NCBI GenBank assembly: GCA_965217775.1
Contig: CBDCJH010000002.1
Coordinates: forward strand, 3,008,001-3,072,000
Origin: Acidobacteriota bacterium
Lineage (GTDB): Bacteria; Acidobacteriota; UBA6911; RPQK01; JAJDTT01
DNA: 64,000 bases
Reading direction: 5' to 3'
The first letter of the stretch is position 1. Every line of letters begins with the position of its first letter. Made by a program: the position numbers and the translations under genes. The notes under the pieces are model-generated. The model searched no databases and was not told the DNA's origin. It saw only the letters and a list, made by a program, of their open reading frames with translations. Below, one piece after another: positions 17,426 through 26,916 of this stretch.

Positions 17426-20293
17426 CTACTCGCTCCGGTAGCTTATCTCCACCTCTTCCAAGACTGGGGAGTTGACGCCGCCGGGAGAAACCAGCGTCGC
17501 CTTGTACTGGGTCCAGCGGTTCTTGTCCCCGAGGCCGTTCAGACGGCTGCCCGATCGAGTGTAGTGGCTTCCCGGTCCGTCGGGACCGGACCACTCGGAA
17601 GCACCCAGACCCTCCCGCGTCTCGGAACCCCTGACCTGGAATTGAACCGAGGTCTGGTGCGGCGTTCGCGCCTTCCAACGCAGGCTTTCGACCCGGCCGT
17701 TGTCAGGCAAGCGGAACGGCGAGGAGACGTAATCGTAGCGGGGAGACCGGTCATAGACGTTTCCCACGTCATGATGAATCGCCCAGTGCACTCCCCGGGT
17801 CGGAACCGGGAGCCGCCTCTCAGCCGTATATCCCTCCTCCGAACCCCAATAGAGGAACGAGTCGGTGCGGTGGTTTCCACCCTTGGTGTGGCAGACGAAG
17901 AAGATGTCCTGGTGCCCGTCCCGGTTGTAGTCGGCTACCATCACGCCGGAGGCGGAATCGGTAGGCAACAGGAGTGGCTCCGGGTCGAGTCCCGATTCGG
18001 TGCCCCGGAAGACGTAGGACGGGTGGTGCCGATTGACGCCGGCGTGGTAGCTGGAAACCACCAGATCCAGGCGGCCGTCCCGGTTCAGATCGGCGATGGA
18101 AGCATCCTCGCTCCCCACCGTGTCCAGGAGCAACATCCGGTCTTCCGAGAATCCCGCTTCCCCTCCCCAGTAAACGGCGGTGCCGGCGGCGAAGGGAGCC
18201 GCTTGGGGCTCGGCGTCGATGGCGCGGTCGCCCTCGTCCTGTCGAAGCTTCTCCAGGTCGTACAGATTGCAGATCACCACGTCCAGATAGCCGTCGCCGT
18301 TGAGGTCTCCGATCTCCGCTCCGACGGCCATCTTGGAGGGCAGAAACTGAACCTTCCGGTTGTCGAATCCGCCCGGTCCGTTCCAGAAGATGGCGACTCG
18401 GTCGCTGGTCCCGGTGAACAGCAGGTCGAGGTAGCCGTTGCGGTCCAGGTCCGCCGCCTTGTGGAGCCGGACGTCGGGAAACTTGAGGATGAAGCGGTTG
18501 TCCATTCGGTACCCGTTGGGGCCGCCCCAGAAGAGGCTCATCTCGTCCCGGCCGTGGGTCCACTCGCTGAGACTCAGGTCCAGGTAGCCGTCCCGATCGA
18601 AGTCCGCCACCACCACGCTGAAGCCTCTCCGAGTGGGGAGATGGGTGGTCTCGGTCCGCGAGAGTCCGCTGGACGTTCCCCAAAGAATGTCGATCTGACC
18701 CGCCAGCACCAGGTCGGTCCAGCCGTCCCGGTTGAGATCGGCGATGTTGGCGGCACTCAGGCCGGAATAGGGCAAGGTCCAGCGGTCCTCGGGGGAGTAG
18801 TCCCCCTCCGGCCGGCCCCAATAGATATGGGCGTTGGGGGCCCTGTCGGAAGCGTAGCCGTCCTTGCTGTTAGCGAAGGCCAGATCCTCATTGCCGTCAC
18901 CGTCCAGGTCGCCGGCGGCCACCGAGAGGGCGCCCCGGGTCGGCAACTCCAGTCGGCGGGAAGGATCAAACCCACCGGGGCCGTTCCAGTAGACGGTGGA
19001 GGAGACGTCGTAGGTCTCGTCGCTCTTCTCGTTGGCGAACACCAGGTCCGGGTACCCGTCCCCATTCAGATCGGCGGCGGCGCTGGCGCTAGCTGAAAGC
19101 GTCGGCAGGGCCGTCCTCAGATGCGGCCGGAACCCGCCGGGGGAACCCCAGTAGACGAAGGAGGCGTGCCCCGCTTTGTTGGACAGGATCAGATCGGGGT
19201 GCCCGTCCCGGTTGAGATCGGCCGCTTCGATGCCCCGGGTTCTCCAGCCGGGCAACTCGGTTCGCAGAGCGGAGTCGAACCCCTGGGACGACCCCCAGTA
19301 GACATAACAGGGAATGGGAGTGACGGCGATTCCTCCCGATTCCCGGTCGATCCCGGGAGCCGTCTCGTTGGCCACCGCCAGATCGGTCCAGCCGTCCTGG
19401 TTCAAGTCCGCTGCGATGACCTCCACACTCCCCAGACCCTCCAACCAGAAAGAGGAATCCGTGGAATAGCCGGACTCGGACCCCCAATAGACGAGTACCC
19501 CACCCGGATTGTCCTGGTAGTCCTGGACCGCGAAGACCAGATCGGGCGTCTGGTCCCGATTCAGATCGCCGATGGCCACGTCGCGGGCGAAACGGGTGGG
19601 AAGCTGCGTGGTTCGGCTGGGAGAGTAGCCGTCCGCCGATCCCCAGTAGATGTCCGAGTAGGGACGAACCACGCTGAAATCGCCCCCCTCCCGAGTGAAC
19701 TGGTAGGAGAGGCCGTTGCTGGCGAAGACGACTTCCGGGTAACCGTCCCCGTTCAGGTCTCCCGTGGCCACGGCCTGCGCCGAAACCGTCGGCAGATCGG
19801 CTCTTCGCTCGACGTCGAAACCGGACTCGCTCCCCCAATAGAGGGCCGACCGGTTCTCGGTCCGGGTGCCGTTGTAACCTTTCGCCACCACCAGGTCCGG
19901 ATGACCGTCCCGGTTCAAGTCCGAAATGGCGACGTCCTGTCCGCCTTCCCCCGGAAGGGCGGTTCTGCCGGAGGCGCCGAACTCATCTCGTCCCCAGTAG
20001 ATCCAGGCGTTCATGTCGAAATTGTTGTCGTGGCTTCCCGGCAGGACCAGATCGATGAGCCCGTCCTGGTTCAGGTCCAGTTGGTTGATGAGCCGGATGC
20101 TGCCGTCGGCGCCCAAATAGGTGTTGGCCCCGCCGTCGGTCAGGACCCCGTCGGCAAAATCGTTGAAACTGGACTCCCTCCAGACTTCCCCTCCTTCCTG
20201 TGCAGGCACCTGGGGAGTCTGTGCCGGAGGAGCACACGCCGCCAAGAGTCCCACTAAAGCGATGATGGCCATGCCGCGGCACGCAAAACTCAT
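17426..20293 (-). CDS. FG-GAP/VCBS repeat lipoprotein
   Basis: Lipobox LLAAC; more than ten D(L/F/Y)(N/D)xDGxxD(L/I/V) repeats each followed by (I/V)YWG. Confidence 0.88.
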   Translation of the reverse strand: MSFACRGMAIIALVGLLAACAPPAQTPQVPAQEGGEVWRESSFNDFADGVLTDGGANTYLGADGSIRLINQLDLNQDGLIDLVLPGSHDNNFDMNAWIYWGRDEFGASGRTALPGEGGQDVAISDLNRDGHPDLVVAKGYNGTRTENRSALYWGSESGFDVERRADLPTVSAQAVATGDLNGDGYPEVVFASNGLSYQFTREGGDFSVVRPYSDIYWGSADGYSPSRTTQLPTRFARDVAIGDLNRDQTPDLVFAVQDYQDNPGGVLVYWGSESGYSTDSSFWLEGLGSVEVIAADLNQDGWTDLAVANETAPGIDRESGGIAVTPIPCYVYWGSSQGFDSALRTELPGWRTRGIEAADLNRDGHPDLILSNKAGHASFVYWGSPGGFRPHLRTALPTLSASASAAADLNGDGYPDLVFANEKSDETYDVSSTVYWNGPGGFDPSRRLELPTRGALSVAAGDLDGDGNEDLAFANSKDGYASDRAPNAHIYWGRPEGDYSPEDRWTLPYSGLSAANIADLNRDGWTDLVLAGQIDILWGTSSGLSRTETTHLPTRRGFSVVVADFDRDGYLDLSLSEWTHGRDEMSLFWGGPNGYRMDNRFILKFPDVRLHKAADLDRNGYLDLLFTGTSDRVAIFWNGPGGFDNRKVQFLPSKMAVGAEIGDLNGDGYLDVVICNLYDLEKLRQDEGDRAIDAEPQAAPFAAGTAVYWGGEAGFSEDRMLLLDTVGSEDASIADLNRDGRLDLVVSSYHAGVNRHHPSYVFRGTESGLDPEPLLLPTDSASGVMVADYNRDGHQDIFFVCHTKGGNHRTDSFLYWGSEEGYTAERRLPVPTRGVHWAIHHDVGNVYDRSPRYDYVSSPFRLPDNGRVESLRWKARTPHQTSVQFQVRGSETREGLGASEWSGPDGPGSHYTRSGSRLNGLGDKNRWTQYKATLVSPGGVNSPVLEEVEISYRSE

Positions 20294-21567
20294 GGTGCTT
20301 CTCCTGAATCCTGCAGGCTTCTCTCCAGGACGAGCGGTCGGTCGACGCCGGAAAGAAGGTTGGTGACGGTGATGCGGAGTCGGACGTCCGTTTCTCCCTC
20401 GTTCACCTTGATGGGAGCCAGGGTCTGACCTTGTTCCGTAATGCGAAACTCACGTTGACCCGAAGACTCCTCCTCCTCGAACCTGGACACCTTGAGCCGA
20501 AACGGGAAGGATGAAGTATTGGCAACCGACAGAAAATGCCGTTTCCGGTCATTTTGGACGCTGGGGGTAAGACTGAAATCGAGTGCGCTCTCGGCCAGAG
20601 CTCGGAGCCATTCCTCCCTGCCCCAGATCATCTCACCGAAATAGGCCAGGGTACGGCGGGCCTTGATCGCCTTTCGGATCGCCTTCTCGTCCCGGCTCTT
20701 GGCCAGGACCAAGGTCATGTCCCGTCGTTCTCCCCGGCTCCGGTCCACGATCTGGTCGATGGGCCAGTGAGCGTCCGACGAGGCGATGACGGCCAGGTCG
20801 TGCTTGAGACACCAGTCCATCACCCGGGAGAAGACGGGTTCCCCCCGGTGGTATCCAATCCCCTTCCCACCTTTTCGGCCACTGTTCCTCAACTCGATCC
20901 CGTCCAGCCACCCCAACTCCAATAGCCGCTTGGCGTCCCGGGCCCATCGAGGGCCGGGATGGGCCCAGATGATGACGGCTCCCTGCTCCCGGGCCGACCG
21001 GACCGCCGTGTCGAAGTCGTTGAAAAAGGGACCCTCGTCCTGAATGAACGCGACCACGTGATCCGAGTCCTCATCCGTGTATTGGGGTCCCGAAAGGGTC
21101 GTCAACTCGGCTCCACGAACCAGCAACAGACCCAGGGCCCGGGCCAGCGGAAGGGCTCGGCCGTAGGCCCGATCGCGATCCTGGGGCAGAGCCAGCGTCA
21201 GGTACTCAGGATGATCGGTGATGACCAGCAGATCCAGTCCATCCCGCCACGCTTCCCAGACTCGAGTCTCGGGCAGGACCTGGCCGTCGGAGTAGATGGT
21301 GTGAATGTGGAGATCTGCCTTGATCACCCAAAACCCCTGGATCCGGGGAAAGACGACCTCTTGGCGAGAGAGTCCCGGGTGCCCGGCCACGTAGGGCCAG
21401 CCGTACTGCGCGGCCAGCTTCCGGGCGTTCGTCTTCTGCGGCTCCGTCCGGCCTTCAGCGCCAGCTGCTGGCACGAAGACCGTCACCGCCGACAGCAGAA
21501 GGGTGACCACCCAGGCTCTTCGAATGCATGTTCCGATGATTCCGACTCGATTCCTCGCTGCAAACAT
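20290..21567 (-). CDS. Secreted PHP-domain metallohydrolase (phosphodiesterase-like); start approximate
   Basis: ADLHIHTIYSDG, ITDH, WAHPG, SSDAH motifs; N-terminal hydrophobic segment. Confidence 0.82.
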   Translation of the reverse strand: MFAARNRVGIIGTCIRRAWVVTLLLSAVTVFVPAAGAEGRTEPQKTNARKLAAQYGWPYVAGHPGLSRQEVVFPRIQGFWVIKADLHIHTIYSDGQVLPETRVWEAWRDGLDLLVITDHPEYLTLALPQDRDRAYGRALPLARALGLLLVRGAELTTLSGPQYTDEDSDHVVAFIQDEGPFFNDFDTAVRSAREQGAVIIWAHPGPRWARDAKRLLELGWLDGIELRNSGRKGGKGIGYHRGEPVFSRVMDWCLKHDLAVIASSDAHWPIDQIVDRSRGERRDMTLVLAKSRDEKAIRKAIKARRTLAYFGEMIWGREEWLRALAESALDFSLTPSVQNDRKRHFLSVANTSSFPFRLKVSRFEEEESSGQREFRITEQGQTLAPIKVNEGETDVRLRITVTNLLSGVDRPLVLERSLQDSGEAP

Positions 21568-21591
21568 AAAATGATATAAGTATCCGCTGCC

Positions 21592-22368
21592 ATGAACGTC
21601 AAGCAGTTGTTGGATCTCACCGGCAAGGTATCGGTCGTCACCGGCGGCACCGGATTCTACGGAAAACCCATTTCCGAGGGATTGGCCGAAGCCGGGGCCC
21701 ATGTCGTCATCGCCTCCAGAAACCGTCAGCGCTGCCAGGACTGGGCTTTGGAGTTGGAAGGGAGAGGCTACTCCGCCAGCGCCGGCGGATTCGACCAGGG
21801 GAGTGAATCCTCGATCCTGGACTTTTGCGAACGAGTCTGGAGGAAGTTCGGCGCCGTCGACGTGCTGGTCAACAACTCGGTGGCGCGGCCCATGAGAGCC
21901 TACACCGACCCGCTACAAGCCTGGCAGCGATCGATGGAGGTCAACGCCACCGGTCTCTTCGCCATCTCCCGGGCTTTCGTGGACCGGATGATGGAGCGGG
22001 GAAAGGGAGCCGTGGTCAACATCGGCTCCATCCAGTCCGTCGTGGCCCCCAACTTCACCAACTACGCCGGCACCGACATGACCACGCCTCCCGACTACCA
22101 CTTTCACAAGCATGGGATGATCGGCCTGACCAAGTACCTGGCCGCGTGGGCGGGACCCCAGGGGGTCCGGGTCAACGCCATCGCCCCCGGAGGACTCGCT
22201 TTGGGAGATGAGAAGGAGCCCTTCTTGTCCCAGTACTGCAGCAACACCTTCCTGGGCCGCATGGCCCAATACGACGACATCAAGGGGTCGGTTGTCTTCC
22301 TGGCCTCCGAAGCCTCCGCCTATGTCACTGGGCACACCATCCTGCTGGACGGCGGCTACTGCGCCTGA
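21592..22368 (+). CDS. SDR family oxidoreductase
   Basis: TGGTGFYG, VLVNN, YHFHK (YxxxK), VNAIAPGG. Confidence 0.9.
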   Translation: MNVKQLLDLTGKVSVVTGGTGFYGKPISEGLAEAGAHVVIASRNRQRCQDWALELEGRGYSASAGGFDQGSESSILDFCERVWRKFGAVDVLVNNSVARPMRAYTDPLQAWQRSMEVNATGLFAISRAFVDRMMERGKGAVVNIGSIQSVVAPNFTNYAGTDMTTPPDYHFHKHGMIGLTKYLAAWAGPQGVRVNAIAPGGLALGDEKEPFLSQYCSNTFLGRMAQYDDIKGSVVFLASEASAYVTGHTILLDGGYCA

Positions 22369-22394
22369 GCGAAATCTCTCACTCCCCCTCCAAC

Positions 22395-22431
22395 AAAAAA
22401 AGCGCGCCCACCGCAAGGCGGGCGCGCTTTT
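22395..22431. terminator. Bidirectional intrinsic terminator
   Basis: A-tract, GCGCGCCCACC-GCAA-GGCGGGCGCGC hairpin, TTTT, between convergent genes. Confidence 0.85.
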
Positions 22432-22452
22432 GAACATCGACCGGAACCTGGA

Positions 22453-25400
22453 TCAGTAATAGATCTTCAGGCCGAACTGCAACTGCCTTCCGGTCAGGGC
22501 CGCTCCAATGGCGCCGAAAGATCCGGCGCTGAAGTTGAAGGTGTTGTTGTTCGAGTTCAGGTTCGTGTGATTGGTCAGATTGAAGGCCTCGAACCGGAAC
22601 TGGATTCGGGTCTCCTCACCTAGATAGAAGTCCCGCAGCAGCGAGAAGTCGAAGTTGATGGTACCGGGACCCTCGACAATGCCACGGCTCGCGTTGCCAT
22701 ACCTACCAGGAGGTGGCGCCGCAAAGGCATCCGTCCGGAACCACTCCTCGGGCCGCCGGGTGCCGGTATTGGGATCCCGCAGCAGGTCCGGCCGCTGGGA
22801 AGCATTACTTCCAACCGCGAGCAGATCGGCAGTGGACACCGTATAGAAGTGCCCCTTCTGGAGAGTGGTGATGGCGTAGACGCTCCAACTTCCGAAGATC
22901 TGGCTGAAGAAGCCGTCCGAGCCGAAGGCGCGGCCGGGACCGAAGGGTAGATCCCAACCCTTCAACCAAGCCAGCCGCACGGGGATGTTGCCTTCGCCCC
23001 TTCCCCGGTTCAGGACGTTGAAATTTCTAGCCCAGAGGTTCCGGCTCACCCCGCGAGGGTCACCGGTGACACCGAGGCGTCCGCCGGTCGTATCGAGGCT
23101 CTTTCCCCAGCTGAAAGCCAGCAGGGAGGTCAAGCCGTACAGGCCAGGCCGCTTTTCCCACTTGAAATTGAAGCCATGGTAGGTCTGGTCTCCGTTGGCC
23201 AGAAGCATGTGATATCGACCCATGGAGGGCCAGGGCCGGCGGGGCTGAATGGCGCCTTCACCCGGAACCGCATCGTTGAACTCGAACACCTGCATCTCGT
23301 GCACCGAGCGGGAACCCTCATAGCCGACCTCGAGCATATTATTCTCGCCGACGCGATGCTGGAAGGACAGGCCGAAGTTGGGCACATACCACTGGGGCAT
23401 GATGTCCTCGTATCCGCCCCCGGGAAGGATTTGCGCACCGGTGGCGCCCACCAGAATCGATTCGTCGAAGGGGTCGGAGATATGGAGGTTCGGGGTCACC
23501 GCATCTGCGTAGAAGTCCCTCTGCCCCGAGTTGGGCCTCGGGTTGCCCAAGGCCGCCGCACCGTACATCATGCCGCCCGGCGGCTCGTTCCCGTAGAGGC
23601 CGCCGCCGATACGCAACACCGTCTTGTCCGTCAGACGGTAGGAAAGCCCCAGGCGGGGCTGAAATCCGTTCTTGGTCCAGGTGAAGATGTTGACCTGCGG
23701 TTCGAACCGGCCGGTCTCGGGAAATATGAGGGTTTGGTTCAGCAGAGCGGGAGAATAGCAATCGGGAATCGGATTCTCGGTCCGCAATGCACAGTCGGCC
23801 TTGAGGTTGGTGGAGAATCCCCGCTTGTCTTCCCAGCCCTGACGCAGCTCGTAGCGGAGCCCGAGCTGGAGGGTCAGTTTGGGAGTGGCCTTCCAACTAT
23901 CCTGCAGATAGATGTAGTGGCCCGGGAAGTTGTGGTTCAAACGAGCTTCGCTTCCCTCTCGGGACTGGTTCAGATAGCCCAGGTAGAAGTTGGCCAAGGC
24001 GTTTCCGGCGTACCGGGTCGGAGTATTGAAGTAGAGAATACTGCGGCGCTCCAAACCGAAGAAGACGTAGTGGTACCGGTAATGGTAGCCCGCCTTCAGG
24101 TAATGGTTGCCCTTGGTCCAACTGACGTTTTCCTTGAGCTCCCACTGCCCCTCGGGGACGGGCCCGCGGTTACCGCGAGAACCGATGCTGGGATAGCCGG
24201 TCACGATGGTCGTAGGCGTCCCCAGAAGGTCCACGCCCCGCTTGGGCCAGTTGGGAAAGTTCAGCTGGTTGGCCAGATCGGGGCCTCCCGGCGGGAAGCC
24301 CGGATTGTAGGGCCGCCGGTAGAAATGCAGTCCCAGCTCATTGACGACGCTGGGTCCGAAGTTTCGCGTGTTGACCACGTTCTGAGCCCAGTTGTCGAGG
24401 CCGTTGATGACGGTGAAGGCGTCGACGACGTTGACGAAGGTGATGGGCCGCTGATTGAAGAGGAAGCGACCGAACCAGCGGCTGTCGTCGCCCGTCTTGA
24501 TGTCCATCCGGACGATGTACTCGTTCCGCTCCGAGGGGGCGTTGGAGGCACTGGTGTAGTTGAATCCCCGGCTGATGTCCGTGTTGGGCGACGGCCAGAG
24601 GTCTCCCAGCAGCTTGGACTGGGGAGTGATCCGGTTGGCGGGAATGGTGTTGTTGGGAAAGGGCTCGCCCGTCATGGGATCCATGATGGTGCTGGAGAAG
24701 GCGCCCCCCCGCTCCGCCGCAGTGGGCACTGTCGCCGTCAGCGAACGAAACTGTCGAATTCGCTCGCCGCTGTAGGCGAAGAACCACCAAGACTGGTCAC
24801 GGCCGTCATACAGGCCCGGGACCATGATCGGCCCGCCGGCCACGGCGCCGAACTGGTTCCGCTTGAACTCGTTCTTGGGACCGGTGTCGAAGAAGTTCCG
24901 GGCATCCAGGTTGTCGTTGCGGTGGAACCAGAAGATGGTGCCGTGCAACTCGTTGGTGCCGCTCTTGGTGACGGCGCTGAACTGTCCGCCCGGCTTGATG
25001 CCGTACTCGGCGCCATAGAGGCCGCTCTTCACCTCGAACTCCTGGATGGCGTCGGGGTTGGCGAAGAACTGGAGCGAGCCGTTGGTCTCGCTCATCTGGG
25101 AGCCGTCCAGCGTGGCGTTGTTGTCGGCCCGGCGCATGCCCCGGACGTTGAACGCGACGCCGCTGGTGACGCCGCCCACGTTGCGCAGCGGCTGGACACC
25201 GGGCGTCAGCCCGCCCAACACCCCGAAGACGTCTCTCTGGTTCAGCGGAATGTTGATGATCTTCTTGTTGTCGATCACCTGCCCGAACTCCGCCGTCTCC
25301 GTCTTGAGAATGGGCGCGGTGGAGGCGACCTCCACCACCTCGGACACTTCCCCGACGCTCAACTCGATGTCGATGCGGAAGGTCTGCCCCACGTCCACCT

Positions 25401-25683
25401 TCAAGCCGGAACGAACCTCGGTCTTGAAGCCGGGCATGGTGACCCTCAGTTCGTACACGTCCGCCGGCAGCGCCGCGATGGCGAACTGGCCGGTGTCGCT
25501 GGAGAGCGAGGAGTGGACCTGGTTGGTGGCGATCTGGGTCATGTACACTTCGGCGCCTGGAATCACTGCGCCCGTGCTGTCGCTGACGGTTCCCACCACG
25601 GTAGCCCTGTCTCCCTGTCCCAGGGCCAAGCCGAAGCTCAGTCCCACCAGAAGCAGCGCGAGACACAATCGTTTGCTGTCCAT
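22453..25683 (-). CDS. Oar-type TonB-dependent receptor with N-terminal carboxypeptidase-regulatory-like domain
   Basis: Signal peptide, GTVSDSTGAVIPGA, TKSGTNELHG, RNQFG, FRFEAFNLTNH, RQLQFGLKIYY. Confidence 0.93.
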   Translation of the reverse strand: MDSKRLCLALLLVGLSFGLALGQGDRATVVGTVSDSTGAVIPGAEVYMTQIATNQVHSSLSSDTGQFAIAALPADVYELRVTMPGFKTEVRSGLKVDVGQTFRIDIELSVGEVSEVVEVASTAPILKTETAEFGQVIDNKKIINIPLNQRDVFGVLGGLTPGVQPLRNVGGVTSGVAFNVRGMRRADNNATLDGSQMSETNGSLQFFANPDAIQEFEVKSGLYGAEYGIKPGGQFSAVTKSGTNELHGTIFWFHRNDNLDARNFFDTGPKNEFKRNQFGAVAGGPIMVPGLYDGRDQSWWFFAYSGERIRQFRSLTATVPTAAERGGAFSSTIMDPMTGEPFPNNTIPANRITPQSKLLGDLWPSPNTDISRGFNYTSASNAPSERNEYIVRMDIKTGDDSRWFGRFLFNQRPITFVNVVDAFTVINGLDNWAQNVVNTRNFGPSVVNELGLHFYRRPYNPGFPPGGPDLANQLNFPNWPKRGVDLLGTPTTIVTGYPSIGSRGNRGPVPEGQWELKENVSWTKGNHYLKAGYHYRYHYVFFGLERRSILYFNTPTRYAGNALANFYLGYLNQSREGSEARLNHNFPGHYIYLQDSWKATPKLTLQLGLRYELRQGWEDKRGFSTNLKADCALRTENPIPDCYSPALLNQTLIFPETGRFEPQVNIFTWTKNGFQPRLGLSYRLTDKTVLRIGGGLYGNEPPGGMMYGAAALGNPRPNSGQRDFYADAVTPNLHISDPFDESILVGATGAQILPGGGYEDIMPQWYVPNFGLSFQHRVGENNMLEVGYEGSRSVHEMQVFEFNDAVPGEGAIQPRRPWPSMGRYHMLLANGDQTYHGFNFKWEKRPGLYGLTSLLAFSWGKSLDTTGGRLGVTGDPRGVSRNLWARNFNVLNRGRGEGNIPVRLAWLKGWDLPFGPGRAFGSDGFFSQIFGSWSVYAITTLQKGHFYTVSTADLLAVGSNASQRPDLLRDPNTGTRRPEEWFRTDAFAAPPPGRYGNASRGIVEGPGTINFDFSLLRDFYLGEETRIQFRFEAFNLTNHTNLNSNNNTFNFSAGSFGAIGAALTGRQLQFGLKIYY

Positions 25684-25757
25684 TAAGACCCCCTACGTTT
25701 GGTTAGTTGAGCCTGGGATACACCATTCCTCCCGAATGGCCTGGGTCAACCACCGGT

Positions 25758-25786
25758 ATTTTGAAGATATCCCAGACTCCTGTCAA
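25758..25786 (-). promoter_or_regulatory. Sigma70-like promoter of the TonB receptor gene
   Basis: TTGACA-17 nt-CAAAAT on the minus strand. Confidence 0.6.
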
Positions 25787-26024
25787 CCTGGAATCCGCCT
25801 ATTTTTTGCGGCTGCCCCTGTCCCGAAATAAAAAACGCCGGAGTGCACGGCCGACAGCAGGACATCTCTCGGTCCCTGTGTCCAGAGCCGACGTCAGTTA
25901 GGACCGATCCACACCTTGTTGAGTATCGCCGGAAGTCCCGGACACGCAGCAACCGGAACCCCGTCTCTCCCCGTGGCGAGAAAACGCGGAGACAGAATAT
26001 GGATTGAAAGTCATTTTATGATGG

Positions 26025-26391
26025 GTGGTGAGACGGACTGTTGAGATCGGCGACGAGTTCGAGTCGGAGTTTGACGAGTTGCAAGAAGACGTGCGGACGG
26101 AGATTCTGGCGTTGACGCGTCTTCTCCAACAGTTCGGGCCGCAATTGGTGGAGACCACGCGTGGACACGCTGAACGAGTCACGCCACGCAAACATGAAGG
26201 AACTGCGTTTCAGCGCTGCGGACGGCAAATGGAGGGTCGCTTTCGCCTTTGATCCGAAGCGTAAGGCGATACTGCTGGTTGCGGGAGATAAATCGGGGGG
26301 CAGTGTCAGACGATTTTATCGCCGGCTGCTCGCCAAGGCCGATGCCCGTTTTGACGCGCATCTGGCTCGTCTGAAAATAGTGGCGAAGTAG
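26025..26391 (+). pseudogene. Gp49-like (RelE/ParE superfamily) toxin, frameshifted at ~26149
   Basis: LLQQFGPQL then, after removing one base, GRPRVDTLNESRHANMKELRF...WRVAFAFDPKRKAILLVAGDKSG. Confidence 0.82.
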
Positions 26392-26393
26392 TC

Positions 26394-26719
26394 ATGGCTG
26401 TGAACGTCGACGAAAAATCAGAAAGTTGAGCCCCGCTCAACGCAGGAAGGTCGAGGCTCGCGCCGCCGAGCTGATGGCTGAAGAAATGACATTGCGTGAA
26501 TTGAGGCACGCACGCAAGCTCACGCAGGTTCGCGTCGCCAGAAAGCTGGGGATCACCCAGGACAGCGTCTCGCGGCTCGAGCAGCGCAGTGACCTGCTGC
26601 TGTCCACGCTCCGTAAGACGGTCGAGGCAATGGGCGGAAATCTGAGACTGGTGGCCGAATTCCCCGACCGCGCCCCGGTTGTGCTGTCCGGCATCGCGGA
26701 GGACGACCCGCGCGCCTGA
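26394..26719 (+). pseudogene. XRE-family antitoxin, frameshifted in the A-run 26413-26417
   Basis: One extra A gives MAVNVDEKIRKLSPAQRRKVEARAAELMAEEMTLRELR...SDLLLSTLRKTVEAMGG. Confidence 0.8.
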
Positions 26720-26916
26720 TCACGACACAACAGAACCACTCACCGGCACGGCCCGTAGTCGTGCTCGGACCGCTGCCCGGTAGCCGGCCTCCCGTGTAAT
26801 CCTCCTGCCTCTTTCCGTCCTCCTCATCTTCCGTATTGATTTGCCGTCCGCAGGGGAATATATTGCCGCCGTGGAGTCCAACCTCCGCGCGGGCCCTTCC
26901 GAAACGCGAACAGTCC

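Noticed and set aside
26720-26916. Purine, ZTP or PRPP riboswitch upstream of purF
   Set aside because: No consensus motif recognised by eye; an Rfam scan would be needed.
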